Virus record (IMG/VR): IMGVR_UViG_3300035099_000047 | Span: 32,001-96,000 of that record | DNA: 64,000 bases | Direction: 5' to 3' (one strand) | Source: a virus | In this document: positions 10,222-19,453 of the stretch, piece by piece | Position numbering within the stretch: the first letter of the stretch is position 1 | Layout of the letters: the number at the start of each line of letters is the position of its first letter | Notes under the pieces: generated by a model | Told to the model about the DNA's origin: nothing | Seen by the model: only the letters and a program-made list of their open reading frames with translations | The model's database searches: none | Translations under genes and position numbers: made by a program

Positions 10222-11661
10222 TCATTTCACTGACAAAATCACAGGACAAGCAATGTCCAAGCAACCAGCTATCAGTACCTCTTGCCTCTCCGTACTATGA
10301 GCAAACCGACGATCCAGCAAATTGACGTGGATAATATCCTTTTCCTTCTCCTCCTCGCTGCTGTATAGCCCCAACATAGCTGTTACATGATCGTGTACCC
10401 TGCGATCATTGTTAAAATTGCGTTTACGCAATTGCATCCCGCTGTAACTCTCTGCATCCGCCTGAGTAGCAGTCACCACACAACAGTTGAAATCCTGACT
10501 CAAGCGGCGCAAATCCATCCAGTTGCGATTGATTTTGTCCCGTCGATCCTCCCTGCCATGGGGCAAAGCCAAAATGTCAGCATAATCTACCAACAACACA
10601 TCCACGTGCCATCCCTCACGGCCCCAACCTTGCAATTTAGATCTGATTTCAGCTACAGCCAAGCTACCAGCGCTATAACAACTCAAACGAAACAGATCTT
10701 TACCTCGACTAATCTTGCGCCAAGCCCGGAATGCTTCCACCCCACTAATACCCTCCAACCGCCTTTCTTCAACAACCGGGGGCAGCCTTTTGTCTTTGAA
10801 CTCTACAGGATACAAAACTGTCTTGGTCTTCAATGGTCGCCTCAACACCCGCTGACCCAGCCGCATCAGCACTTCGTATTTGGTATGATCCCCAGCATCA
10901 AAGTAAGCCAAGTTGCACCGAGCTTTGACAACCCGATAGGCTAGGTCTTGAATGAAAAAGCTCTTCCCCCGTTTAGAGCTTGCTATTAGCACCACCAACG
11001 CATCCCTGCGGAACTCGTTACCTATAAACCTGCCCAGCACCCCAGGGTAAGTAACCAACGGCCGCATGTGATCTTGATCATCAATTGCTTCCATCCACAC
11101 ATCCAAATCCTCAGTCACCTTAATCGTATCATCCCCATCCAAGTTCACAGGCCCCAGAGCACTCAACCGACCCTGAGCCCCGTAGGCGTCATTGCGGTCC
11201 TCGAGGTCAACCTGAGCCTCTTCTATTGCTTTCTTGACTTTAACTCTGGTAAGCAACGTACTACCCAAATCCAGAGCGTAGTCGGTACGATAGTGTTCCT
11301 GATTGTTTAGCCACTCATCGTTCAAACTAGTCAGCAACCGTTCCACCAACTTAACACTGTCTTCACTCCGACCAACAGCCCAATCCTCATACATACCCCG
11401 TATAGCCGGACCCGGGCTGGTGCCATACTTGCGCATGTAATCTATGCACCAACCGGCTACCATGTTTTCTTCATTGGTGCTAAACAAGTCCCCACCATTC
11501 CATATACCAGCTACTCTGGCGCAGACCACAGGGTCCATGATCATGGAACCCAGAAATCGCCGGGCATCCTTGCCTTCGTAACGAACCGATTTCATTAGTT
11601 CACACCCCAGCCTCGGCCATACAATTGTATACCGGATTGATGAAACCAGCCGGCAACCCAA
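10222..11661 (-). CDS. DnaB-like (SF4) replicative helicase; likely start ATG 11595
   Basis: Walker A ASSKRGKS, LLVDYADIL, VVTATQ. Confidence 0.85.
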   Translation of the reverse strand: MGCRLVSSIRYTIVWPRLGCELMKSVRYEGKDARRFLGSMIMDPVVCARVAGIWNGGDLFSTNEENMVAGWCIDYMRKYGTSPGPAIRGMYEDWAVGRSEDSVKLVERLLTSLNDEWLNNQEHYRTDYALDLGSTLLTRVKVKKAIEEAQVDLEDRNDAYGAQGRLSALGPVNLDGDDTIKVTEDLDVWMEAIDDQDHMRPLVTYPGVLGRFIGNEFRRDALVVLIASSKRGKSFFIQDLAYRVVKARCNLAYFDAGDHTKYEVLMRLGQRVLRRPLKTKTVLYPVEFKDKRLPPVVEERRLEGISGVEAFRAWRKISRGKDLFRLSCYSAGSLAVAEIRSKLQGWGREGWHVDVLLVDYADILALPHGREDRRDKINRNWMDLRRLSQDFNCCVVTATQADAESYSGMQLRKRNFNNDRRVHDHVTAMLGLYSSEEEKEKDIIHVNLLDRRFAHSTERQEVLIAGCLDIACPVILSVK

Positions 11662-12832
11662 ACTCCTGCAACACCACGTCTAACTCCTCTTGAGTGGGCC
11701 TGCGTCGAGGGTTTTCAAATGATGCTGGATTGTATCGCTTTTGCCAAGTGTAGCAAATGGCTTTATACAACTTGTCCTCCGGACAGCCCGCATCCACCTT
11801 GTAACGATAGTATTGGGAATCTTGAGCAAGGAGCTTGAACCGCTTAGTGTCTATTGTACCGAACCCGGTCAAAGTCATGTGGCCATTGGTACCTTCTCGT
11901 TGATCCAATTCCCACAATCCCATATCTCTTTGATACTTGCCCCAGTAAGTACACATATCAGTTAATGCCCACAGCCGACGTATGTACTGCCACCAATAGG
12001 CTTTTTTGTACCACTTGATAAACTTCCAAACATCCTCGTTTGTAGCATTTCTTTCCTTCTTTACTCTATCAATTTCTCTCATGCAACCCTCTCTTGTAAC
12101 CGCTCTCCTTTTGGGTCCTGCATGGACTAAATCATCATCTTCATCAACTAACACTCCAAACAGGTAAGCTCCCTGTTCCCTTGTTTCTTGGTCATATTCG
12201 GATCCGCTGGGTTTTCCATGAGGACATTCCTTCATTTTGTGTGTGCGACATTTTTCGTTAGAAAAATGTCCCGCCTTTTTCCTAGTTGCCTTACTCTTAA
12301 TATAGGAGTTGGGGGTTTGACTAGGATCCAATACCGCAGTTTCACGGTAATTGGAGTCATGATTTTCTGGTTCCAAATACCGTGGTTCCCCAGTAGATGG
12401 AGTTCCTTGGTCACTAGTGTTTTGCACTTCTAAATACCCATTATCCAAAAGCCACAAGGTCACTACCCTGTGTATCCATTTAGCATTGATGCGAATGTGT
12501 CGCCTTGGAGGGCAACCGAACCTTGCTACTTCTATAGGAGCTCCATCTGCCTCCGATAGTTGCTTCAGTAGTCGGGCTTGTACCTCGTAGGATAGACCTA
12601 GTTCCTTTTGCATTTCCTCCACTGTGTAGAAAAACCAACCCCTATTCCACTTGTATCCCTTACTCTTCATAACCCTAGCGTGAAAACGCACTAGGGCATG
12701 AAGAAAACAAGCTTTTTCCAACCCTAGTTTTAGCACAATAGCTTGATGTACAGTGAAATGGCCTTTGCTAATCAGATCCCTCTTCATCAACTTCTTGAAT
12801 CCTTCCATCGTGAAATCTGCTGTTACTTTCAT
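11600..12832 (-). CDS. phage replication initiator-like protein (N-terminal wHTH)
   Basis: LGLEKACFLHAL...WFFYTVEEMQKELGLS; lies directly upstream of the helicase; low-complexity linker with internal DNA repeats. Confidence 0.6.
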   Translation of the reverse strand: MKVTADFTMEGFKKLMKRDLISKGHFTVHQAIVLKLGLEKACFLHALVRFHARVMKSKGYKWNRGWFFYTVEEMQKELGLSYEVQARLLKQLSEADGAPIEVARFGCPPRRHIRINAKWIHRVVTLWLLDNGYLEVQNTSDQGTPSTGEPRYLEPENHDSNYRETAVLDPSQTPNSYIKSKATRKKAGHFSNEKCRTHKMKECPHGKPSGSEYDQETREQGAYLFGVLVDEDDDLVHAGPKRRAVTREGCMREIDRVKKERNATNEDVWKFIKWYKKAYWWQYIRRLWALTDMCTYWGKYQRDMGLWELDQREGTNGHMTLTGFGTIDTKRFKLLAQDSQYYRYKVDAGCPEDKLYKAICYTWQKRYNPASFENPRRRPTQEELDVVLQEFGLPAGFINPVYNCMAEAGV

Positions 12833-13271
12833 GTTCGTTCTCTCCCTCTTTGGGGTTGACTGATTTCATTTGATCAACGGCCCATTTAGCAATCATTTCG
12901 TTGACCGATTCCCACTTTATCCGTATATGTCTTTTTGCAGGCAATCCCATCCTTTTAGTTTCTATTACACCCTCCGCCATGAGCCTATTCAGTAATCTAG
13001 TTTGAGCCTCTACAGGTATTTCTAAACCTCGTTCTATCAAACTGGATGGACAACAGAACCACCCCCCTACCCGCATAGCTATTGGCAACTCACTGCAGTA
13101 ATCAATCAGGTAGTGCAGTAATCCAGCGGCCTCCAATCCCAAACGAGAAGCAGTACCTCGATGAACTCGGATGTAGTCGTCTAGTGATAGAGCGCTAAGC
13201 ATAAACGCTTGTTCTGTACAATTGTCATAGTCCATGTTCATTTTCCTATGTTGTGGTTTACAACTTCTCAC
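12768..13271 (-). CDS. wHTH protein paralogous to the initiator N-terminus
   Basis: LGLEAAGLLHYL...GWFC...QTRLLNRL...GLPAKRHIRI aligns with 11600..12832. Confidence 0.6.
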   Translation of the reverse strand: MRSCKPQHRKMNMDYDNCTEQAFMLSALSLDDYIRVHRGTASRLGLEAAGLLHYLIDYCSELPIAMRVGGWFCCPSSLIERGLEIPVEAQTRLLNRLMAEGVIETKRMGLPAKRHIRIKWESVNEMIAKWAVDQMKSVNPKEGENEHESNSRFHDGRIQEVDEEGSD

Positions 13272-13303
13272 TCCAGGCCAGTCTGTGTTTAGGTCTGGAT
13301 GAA

Positions 13304-13672
13304 TTAGAAAGGGGTGTAGTGTTTTTCATCGTGTTCTTCCGGCGTCAGCGCAAGCAGATTTCCTGGTCGGTTGTTGGTATTATTGCTATCTTTGTGATGG
13401 ATGTCATGGTTTTCTGGTACAACTCGTCGATGATAATTCATCCATACCAGACGGGACAGGCTTATGGCAGCTACGGTTCGATGACCCCCACATCTCAATT
13501 CAGCTTGAATGAATAACCTATTTTCCCCGTCAACTTTTGGGGACAGTTTGACATACTTACGACGGGAATTGTGGAACTTCCATACCGATCCATCCCGGTT
13601 GACTAGCAGCCTAGCGCTCCGCAGTAGATCAAAGAAAAATTGGTCATTCTTGGCTTTGTTGTCCCGAGGCAT
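13304..13672 (-). CDS. HNH endonuclease
   Basis: DIHHKDSNNTNNRPGNLLALTPEEH. Confidence 0.85.
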   Translation of the reverse strand: MPRDNKAKNDQFFFDLLRSARLLVNRDGSVWKFHNSRRKYVKLSPKVDGENRLFIQAELRCGGHRTVAAISLSRLVWMNYHRRVVPENHDIHHKDSNNTNNRPGNLLALTPEEHDEKHYTPF

Positions 13673-13705
13673 GTTGGCAGCGCTAGCGTAACATCATCTC
13701 AGTGG

Positions 13706-13754
13706 AAAAAAGTAGAGCCCGTCCGACCCTTGCGGGTTAGCTCCGGACGGGCTC
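13706..13754 (-). terminator. terminator/attenuator hairpin
   Basis: GAGCCCGTCCG...CGGACGGGCTC stem followed by TACTTTTTT on the minus strand. Confidence 0.55.
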
Positions 13755-13809
13755 AAATACGGCTCGATGGGATCGCGGTGGACGGGACCTTACCGCATGC
13801 CGTGTTTCT

Positions 13810-13838
13810 ATTATATTAGGTTGATACATACGGGTCAA
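13810..13838 (-). promoter_or_regulatory. sigma70-type promoter
   Basis: TTGACC-17nt-TATAAT. Confidence 0.7.
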
Positions 13839-14009
13839 GGCCCCGCCAATAAATAACCCACCGAACCACTGGGAGCTAACCAGGGTGGCCAACCATCTGC
13901 ACCTCCGTCACGAGGGACCTTATGTCCATCAGCCTCAAGGCTATAGCCTTAAACGTTTTAGCCTAACTATTATACCACTTGATTGGCGCGGATTTTTAGA
14001 ATCCCAAGG

Positions 14010-14480
14010 TCATTTGGAAGCTTTGACAAATCTACCCCGCTCTCGGGGCTGCTGTTTAGCAGCTTCACTCCACTCCTTGCGGGATCGATCGTCCCAGGGC
14101 AACCCGTTGACATACCTCCAGGGCAATTCGGCCCCCTTGGGAATTAACTGCTCCGTTGCTGGTTCCAGGTCCTGCTCCAACACCTCTACGGGTTGGTTAG
14201 TAACACCCCGAGTCACCAACCAAACCAGCACTGAACTATCAACAGCCAGGTAGGGAGGATCAGATCCACCGTCCGGGTAGCAGGCGTCGTTTGGGTAGCA
14301 GGCGTGAACGTAACGCCCTAAAAACCGCTTGCGGGCTCCCACCACCACACCAACAAAAGGGGTGGTGGTTGTTTCACGGTGGACCCGCTTGTGCTGATCC
14401 TCGTCATAATGGACACTGCAGGTTGCCTTGACCAAAACCCATTGACCAACGTGGAACCGGGGTTTACCTTTTTTGCTCAT
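14010..14480 (-). CDS. hypothetical protein
   Basis: 156 aa ORF in the operon. Confidence 0.55.
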   Translation of the reverse strand: MSKKGKPRFHVGQWVLVKATCSVHYDEDQHKRVHRETTTTPFVGVVVGARKRFLGRYVHACYPNDACYPDGGSDPPYLAVDSSVLVWLVTRGVTNQPVEVLEQDLEPATEQLIPKGAELPWRYVNGLPWDDRSRKEWSEAAKQQPRERGRFVKASK

Positions 14481-14763
14481 TCAATTGTTTCCTCAGTTTT
14501 TCGATATCTTTGATAGTCTGATCCGGCCAGCTACCTGTAGGCCAGACCTTTTCATTGACCTTCATCGCCTCAACTATCAATCCGATAAATCCTTTTTGGA
14601 TCTCAACCTCAGACTTCAGCTCATTTATCTCGTTTTGAGCCTGCCTCAGTTCAGTTTTCAAACGTCTAACCTGAAAAGCAGGATCAACAACAATCATTGC
14701 CATCAGAACCACTCCTGCAATAAAAGTAAGTACCAACAAAACTCGCAGTGAAAGAGTCAACAT
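14464..14763 (-). CDS. membrane-anchored coiled-coil protein
   Basis: N-terminal hydrophobic helix followed by heptad repeats. Confidence 0.55.
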   Translation of the reverse strand: MLTLSLRVLLVLTFIAGVVLMAMIVVDPAFQVRRLKTELRQAQNEINELKSEVEIQKGFIGLIVEAMKVNEKVWPTGSWPDQTIKDIEKLRKQLNEQKR

Positions 14764-15604
14764 GGTTTTTGTCCCTCCAATTTCTCATTGTTCTCAATGT
14801 GGATCACAAACCGTTGACCCCTGACCACCATGAACCGAATGGAGTGATACTGATTGCTTTCGTCCTCCACAACTACTTCAAGATGTTTATCGCAAGGTTG
14901 CAGGTATTTGAGGAACTTGCCAATAGTCATTGTATTCCTCCTATTGGGGACCTTATGCAATTTCCTACCAATAGTAGGTCCCCTTTTTATCCAAATTTCA
15001 ACTTCTTTTGCTGTATTTTACCACAGATAGTGCATCGGCGCTCTTGCCAAATCACTGTTCTAGTTAAAGGTTTCCCAATAGTCACTCCCCCTCGATGATG
15101 TTGGATGCCCCCCAATCTGCCACCTTTTTCTCCCACTGAGTAAATTCCTCACACACATGGACACCCATCAAACGGCCATATAATCGTTTCAATTGTTTCC
15201 ACATTTCCAACCCCTTAGCAATGACCAGACATCAAAGTGGAACCTGCGCAATAAGGAGCAAGAACCATCCTTTTCGTGCACATGGCGTATGAAGTCAATC
15301 TTTGGCTGAAGACCAAAGGAAGGGTCCTCATCGTTCGTTTTCGGCGGCTGCCGACTATCCGAGGGGGGAGTGAACTTCTGTTGATCGGGAATACACGGAA
15401 CTTGCTGTTCGAGTTGTTTTTTCGATCACAAACAACACTCAAACACACTATAACCACACCAACAAACACTATGAAACTAAGGCGGCCCACAGCTTCATCT
15501 ACCACGTAAACAGGTATGGGCTCTGGCATGGTTTTGTCCTAATTCTGCTTTTTGTAAGCAACTGTGTGGATAATCCTTTGAAAGACCCAGATGATAACAT
15601 CCTT

Positions 15605-15949
15605 GTCTAGTCTTGTCGGGTCAGGTCTGGTTTCGTCGAGTCGGGTCGCATCTCGCCTGGTCCGGTCCGGTCTAGTCACGTCCTATCATGTCCAATCCGG
15701 TCTTGCCGTGCCCTGGTCCAGCCTGGTTTGGTTGGGTTTTATTTGGTATAATCTTGTTGCACCCAGCCCTATCTAACCCAATTGTGTCGCGTTGCATCGG
15801 TCTGGTCTAGTCTTGTCTGATCCGGTCTCGTCCCGCCCTGTCTCGCCTGGTCAGGTCCAATCGTGTCATGTTCGATCTGGTTTGGTCTTGTTGGGTCAGG
15901 TCTTGTCAGGTCTAACCTTGTCCTGTCAAGTCTGGTCCAATCTAGTTGT
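15605..15949 (-). repeat. phased pentamer array 1 (about 69 units, RYY-NN on +); candidate guide ncRNA
   Basis: gtcta gtctt gtcgg gtcag gtctg...; a +1 phase slip at 15715 is compensated by a -1 slip at 15799. Confidence 0.9.
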
Positions 15950-15953
15950 GGGG

Positions 15954-16481
15954 TCAAGTATCCTTCATCAGCTCTAACAACTTGCTGGGCTCTATTTGAC
16001 GTAGCCTAGTCCGGCCATCTTGTGAAAGCAAACGCTGTGCCTTATTGTGAAAGCCGCCAGAACTCAGCAATGATTCCATACCCATTTGAGCCGTCCTGAT
16101 ATTCAGTTCCAGTCGTTCCTCTGGGCTCATTTCCGACCGATCAGTCCCAACTGCTATGCGCATCATCCTCTTGGAAAACTTGTGGATGCGCTTGGAACCT
16201 CGATTCAATACCTTTAGTCGGCCCTTTGAATCTAAACACACCCAAGCTTTCTCCTCGGGAAACCACCTCCACGTCACGTTGTAATTGACTTCGGTGTAGT
16301 AAATCGCGTAAGTTACATTGCGGTATCCCGGAGATTTGGAATCGCAGGGCCTACCTACAATTTTGTTCATTTCCTCCAGGGGAATTTTGTCCCCTGGTTT
16401 TCCTTTGCACATGTGTTGAACAGCTGCAGCAGTGTAACTGCTAAGCTCATACATGCGCCTGCCGTCTCCCACGTTACTCAT
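15954..16481 (-). CDS. array-associated basic protein (possible wHTH)
   Basis: 175 aa, good RBS (GAAAGGA), sandwiched between arrays 1 and 2. Confidence 0.7.
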   Translation of the reverse strand: MSNVGDGRRMYELSSYTAAAVQHMCKGKPGDKIPLEEMNKIVGRPCDSKSPGYRNVTYAIYYTEVNYNVTWRWFPEEKAWVCLDSKGRLKVLNRGSKRIHKFSKRMMRIAVGTDRSEMSPEERLELNIRTAQMGMESLLSSGGFHNKAQRLLSQDGRTRLRQIEPSKLLELMKDT

Positions 16482-16499
16482 AAATCGATCCTTTCTTTG

Positions 16500-17064
16500 G
16501 TTAAGTCTCGTCTTGTCTTGTTGTGTCGCGTTCAGTTTTGTCTAGTCTAGTCGGGTCAGGTCACATCGGGTTGGGTCTAGTCTGGTCGGGCCCTGTCATG
16601 CCTTGTCTGGTGTGCTTTGATCGCACCGTGCCCCGTTTAATCTAACCGTGTTGTGCTTGATTAGACCTTGCTTTGTCCAGTCAGGTCATATTGCGTCAAG
16701 TCGGGTCTGGTCCAGTCTCGTCAAGCCTTGTCAGGTCCGGTCTCGTCCAGTCATGTCTAGTCACGTCATGTCCAGTCCAATCCTGTCACGTCATGTCCCG
16801 TCTTGTCATGTCTAGTCAAGTCCGGTCCAGTCGAGTCCTGCCCCGTCCTGTCTAGTCACGTCATGTCCAGTCCAGTCTCGCCCAGTCAGGTTTGGTCTGG
16901 TCCGGCATCGTCCAGCTATATCTAGTCCTGTCTTGTCGCGTCACGTCCAGTCCCGTCACGTCCAGTCGCGTCCAGTCTAGTCCTGTCCCGTCTCGCCTCG
17001 CCTAGTCCAGTCATGTCTCGTCATGTCCTGTCAAGCCGTGTCCTGTCAAGCCTTGTCCTGTCAT
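16500..17064 (-). repeat. phased pentamer array 2 (113 units in unbroken phase); candidate guide ncRNA
   Basis: gttaa gtctc gtctt gtctt gttgt ... gcctt gtcct gtcat. Confidence 0.92.
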
Positions 17065-17076
17065 GACATACTGAGT

Positions 17077-17655
17077 TCATTCGTCGGTTTGGAAGTCCAA
17101 CTTATCAATCCGGAACCGTCCATTGATACCACCGTTTTCCACCCTCATGGCGCCCCAACCAATGAACTGACCAACACACCGCAGATGATCGTGGATCTGA
17201 TCCGGGGTGATTTTGCCGTCAAAGACGTCAAAATCTCCGTGGGCCACCCATTGATGGAACGTTGGGAAAATGCGAGGTACCCGCTTGGTACCTCCATGCT
17301 TACCGTCGGATGGTACCGGAAGGGGGATGGGATCCACGTCTTCGACCGTCATAGGAGATCCATCAGGTTTAAACAATAACACTGATGAACCAGGTGAAAT
17401 ACCCTTGACAAATCGGCTGGCAAAAGTGGTACGACCCTCCACCTTGCGCCCCAACCATTTGGCTGCAGACAGTAGAGAGTTGGTAACGCAGAAGGAATTC
17501 AGGTAACATTGACCTTCTGGGTTGACCCAAAGTTTCTTCTTCCAAATCCTTTCCTCGAACTGTTCATAAGTCTCCCCGTCCTGCTTTTTGTCCAGCAGAT
17601 ACCTGGAAACCATGAGATCAGCCATCCCGATCACTTGAAAAGTAACCTTCAACAT
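17077..17655 (-). CDS. stand-alone Cas7/RAMP-like RNA-binding protein
   Basis: N-terminal strand KVTFQVIG, YLNSFCVTNSLLSAAK (position of the Cas7 IPgssiKG helix), C-terminal glycine-rich loop VGQFIGWGAMRVENGGINGRF. Confidence 0.7.
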   Translation of the reverse strand: MLKVTFQVIGMADLMVSRYLLDKKQDGETYEQFEERIWKKKLWVNPEGQCYLNSFCVTNSLLSAAKWLGRKVEGRTTFASRFVKGISPGSSVLLFKPDGSPMTVEDVDPIPLPVPSDGKHGGTKRVPRIFPTFHQWVAHGDFDVFDGKITPDQIHDHLRCVGQFIGWGAMRVENGGINGRFRIDKLDFQTDE

Positions 17656-17767
17656 ACAAACTTCTCCTTGAAAAGGGCTTCACGACTGATTGGTTCTTGA
17701 GTGTCGGCCCTGTGCCGTACTGCTAACCATGTCTTGCGCTTGCCCTTGATTCACCTAACAAGTTCTT

Positions 17768-18017
17768 GTCTGGTCTAGTTTGGTCTAGTCATATCTCGTC
17801 AGGTCTAGTCTGTTCCCGTCCGGTCCTACCGCGTCTTGTCGGGTCACATCTAGTCACGTCCGATTCCGTCGTGTCTTGTCGGGTCACATCTAGTCACGTC
17901 CGGTCAGGCTTGGTCAGATCATGTCTCGTCATGTCAGGTCGGGCCCAGTCTCGTCAGGTCTAGTCTGGTTTGGTTCGGTCCCGTCTTGTCCCGTCCTGTC
18001 AGATCGGGTCAAGCTAA
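17768..18017 (-). repeat. phased pentamer array 3 (50 units); candidate guide ncRNA
   Basis: gtctg gtcta gtttg gtcta gtcat ... atcgg gtcaa gctaa. Confidence 0.9.
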
Positions 18018-18022
18018 TTACT

Positions 18023-18904
18023 TTATTCTACCAAGAATCGTTTACGCAACTCAGCAATTTCATCGGAATCAGCCTCAGCTGCATCTTTACCAGTTTCCAA
18101 TTTTACTCGATGGGTCTCTCCAGAGTATCTGGCCAACTCGTCAGCCAACCTGTTAGCTCGCCATTGAGCTTGAGTTTCACTGTCAAAACAAACCACCCTG
18201 ACCGGATACTTGATCATTTTGTTCAATTGGGCTGGAGTGTAATTCAATCCCATAGTGGCTACGGCTCCAGGTCCAATGGCCCAAGCATCAGCTGGCCCTT
18301 CCACAATTATTATACACTGTCTGGCCAAATCATTCCCGTAAAGCAACTCTTTTGCAGGAATGGCTTCTTCTGCTACTGGAGCATTACTGTACCGTTTGCC
18401 TTTGTCGCCAATAGAGCGGGTTGTCCAGCTAACTGTTTCACCCCGGTACTGAATAGGTATGAATAGGCTCCAACTGTACCTAGCCGCAATCCCTATGCCT
18501 TGCACACCCCACAACCGAGCTATACGGTCCGGATCAAATCCCCTGCCTTGCAGGTACTTGCGATGAGCCTTGGCCAGCAGTCCTACACCAGGAGGAATTT
18601 TAAGCTTACCTGCTAATCGTTCAGCCCATTTACGATTCCGCTCCCAACCAACACTTTTGAGCAAATCATAGCATTCCAGAACGGACAGATGGGTAGTTTC
18701 AGACAGAGCATCAACTAACCGAATTGACCCACATGACCAGCAATTGGCATAACCTCCGGACACATTGATGCCCAGTCGAAACCGGCCACTGCGGGGACTG
18801 CACCTTGGACAGTCGATTTGCACCCATCCCTCACGAGCGTGCTCATGTTGACCCACCGTGCGAGTCGGTATCCTCAATTCGGCAAGTAATGAATCAATCC
18901 TCAT
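18023..18904 (-). CDS. DNA primase (Zn finger + TOPRIM)
   Basis: CPRC...CWSC, IIVEGPAD, CFDSE, KDAAE. Confidence 0.85.
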   Translation of the reverse strand: MRIDSLLAELRIPTRTVGQHEHAREGWVQIDCPRCSPRSGRFRLGINVSGGYANCWSCGSIRLVDALSETTHLSVLECYDLLKSVGWERNRKWAERLAGKLKIPPGVGLLAKAHRKYLQGRGFDPDRIARLWGVQGIGIAARYSWSLFIPIQYRGETVSWTTRSIGDKGKRYSNAPVAEEAIPAKELLYGNDLARQCIIIVEGPADAWAIGPGAVATMGLNYTPAQLNKMIKYPVRVVCFDSETQAQWRANRLADELARYSGETHRVKLETGKDAAEADSDEIAELRKRFLVE

Positions 18905-19230
18905 GACAACACAGCCTCAGCCCGCTCAACCACAGCCTTGACACGGTTGAAATACTCACGTACAAACTTCATGGCCCGACGCACGGCCTTGTTGGGATCA
19001 GAGTATTGTTTAAGGTTTGGATCGTCCCATATTGACCAACCGCCCCCAGCGTGATCTGGATTGTTTGATACCACGGCCCAATACTCAACCTTGCCATGGA
19101 CTGATATTGGACCATTGTAAGCATAGAACTGCCAGCCGATGTTTTTCCACACCCGTAGCTTCCAGCCCTTACCCTTCAACTTGCGAATCAGAGCCCGACC
19201 TGCTTCAACTGCTTCTCGCTTGGTTTTCAT
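18901..19230 (-). CDS. hypothetical protein
   Basis: ATGA-coupled to the primase; RBS AGGAG. Confidence 0.55.
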   Translation of the reverse strand: MKTKREAVEAGRALIRKLKGKGWKLRVWKNIGWQFYAYNGPISVHGKVEYWAVVSNNPDHAGGGWSIWDDPNLKQYSDPNKAVRRAMKFVREYFNRVKAVVERAEAVLS

Positions 19231-19240
19231 GATTAACTCC

Positions 19241-19453
19241 TTAAGCTGTCCAACGAGGAAACTTGAGCCGCTTAGTTTTCAACACAATCTTGGCCAGTTC
19301 CTCCAACCCAGTGACATCCCACCCCTTGCAGCTTGCCACATGTCGGGCGAACTTCGTATACAGTTCATCCTCCAAGGCATGAGCCTTCTCCGGATCGTAA
19401 TTCTTGGCTTCTTTGATCCTTTCCACCATACATTCCGCCTGCTCAAGAGTCAT
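19241..19453 (-). CDS. hypothetical protein
   Basis: DPEKAHALEDELY; coupled to the helicase stop. Confidence 0.5.
   Translation of the reverse strand: MTLEQAECMVERIKEAKNYDPEKAHALEDELYTKFARHVASCKGWDVTGLEELAKIVLKTKRLKFPRWTA

Noticed and set aside
15591-18017. Short Ser/Arg/Val- or Asp/Thr/Arg-rich ORFs over the pentamer arrays
   Set aside because: They are by-products of 5-nt periodicity, appear on both strands and in several frames, and are interrupted by stops while the nucleotide phase is kept.
15605-18017. Canonical CRISPR array or simple microsatellite
   Set aside because: There are no 23-50 nt repeats with spacers. Variation is concentrated at two fixed positions per unit, unlike slippage decay.
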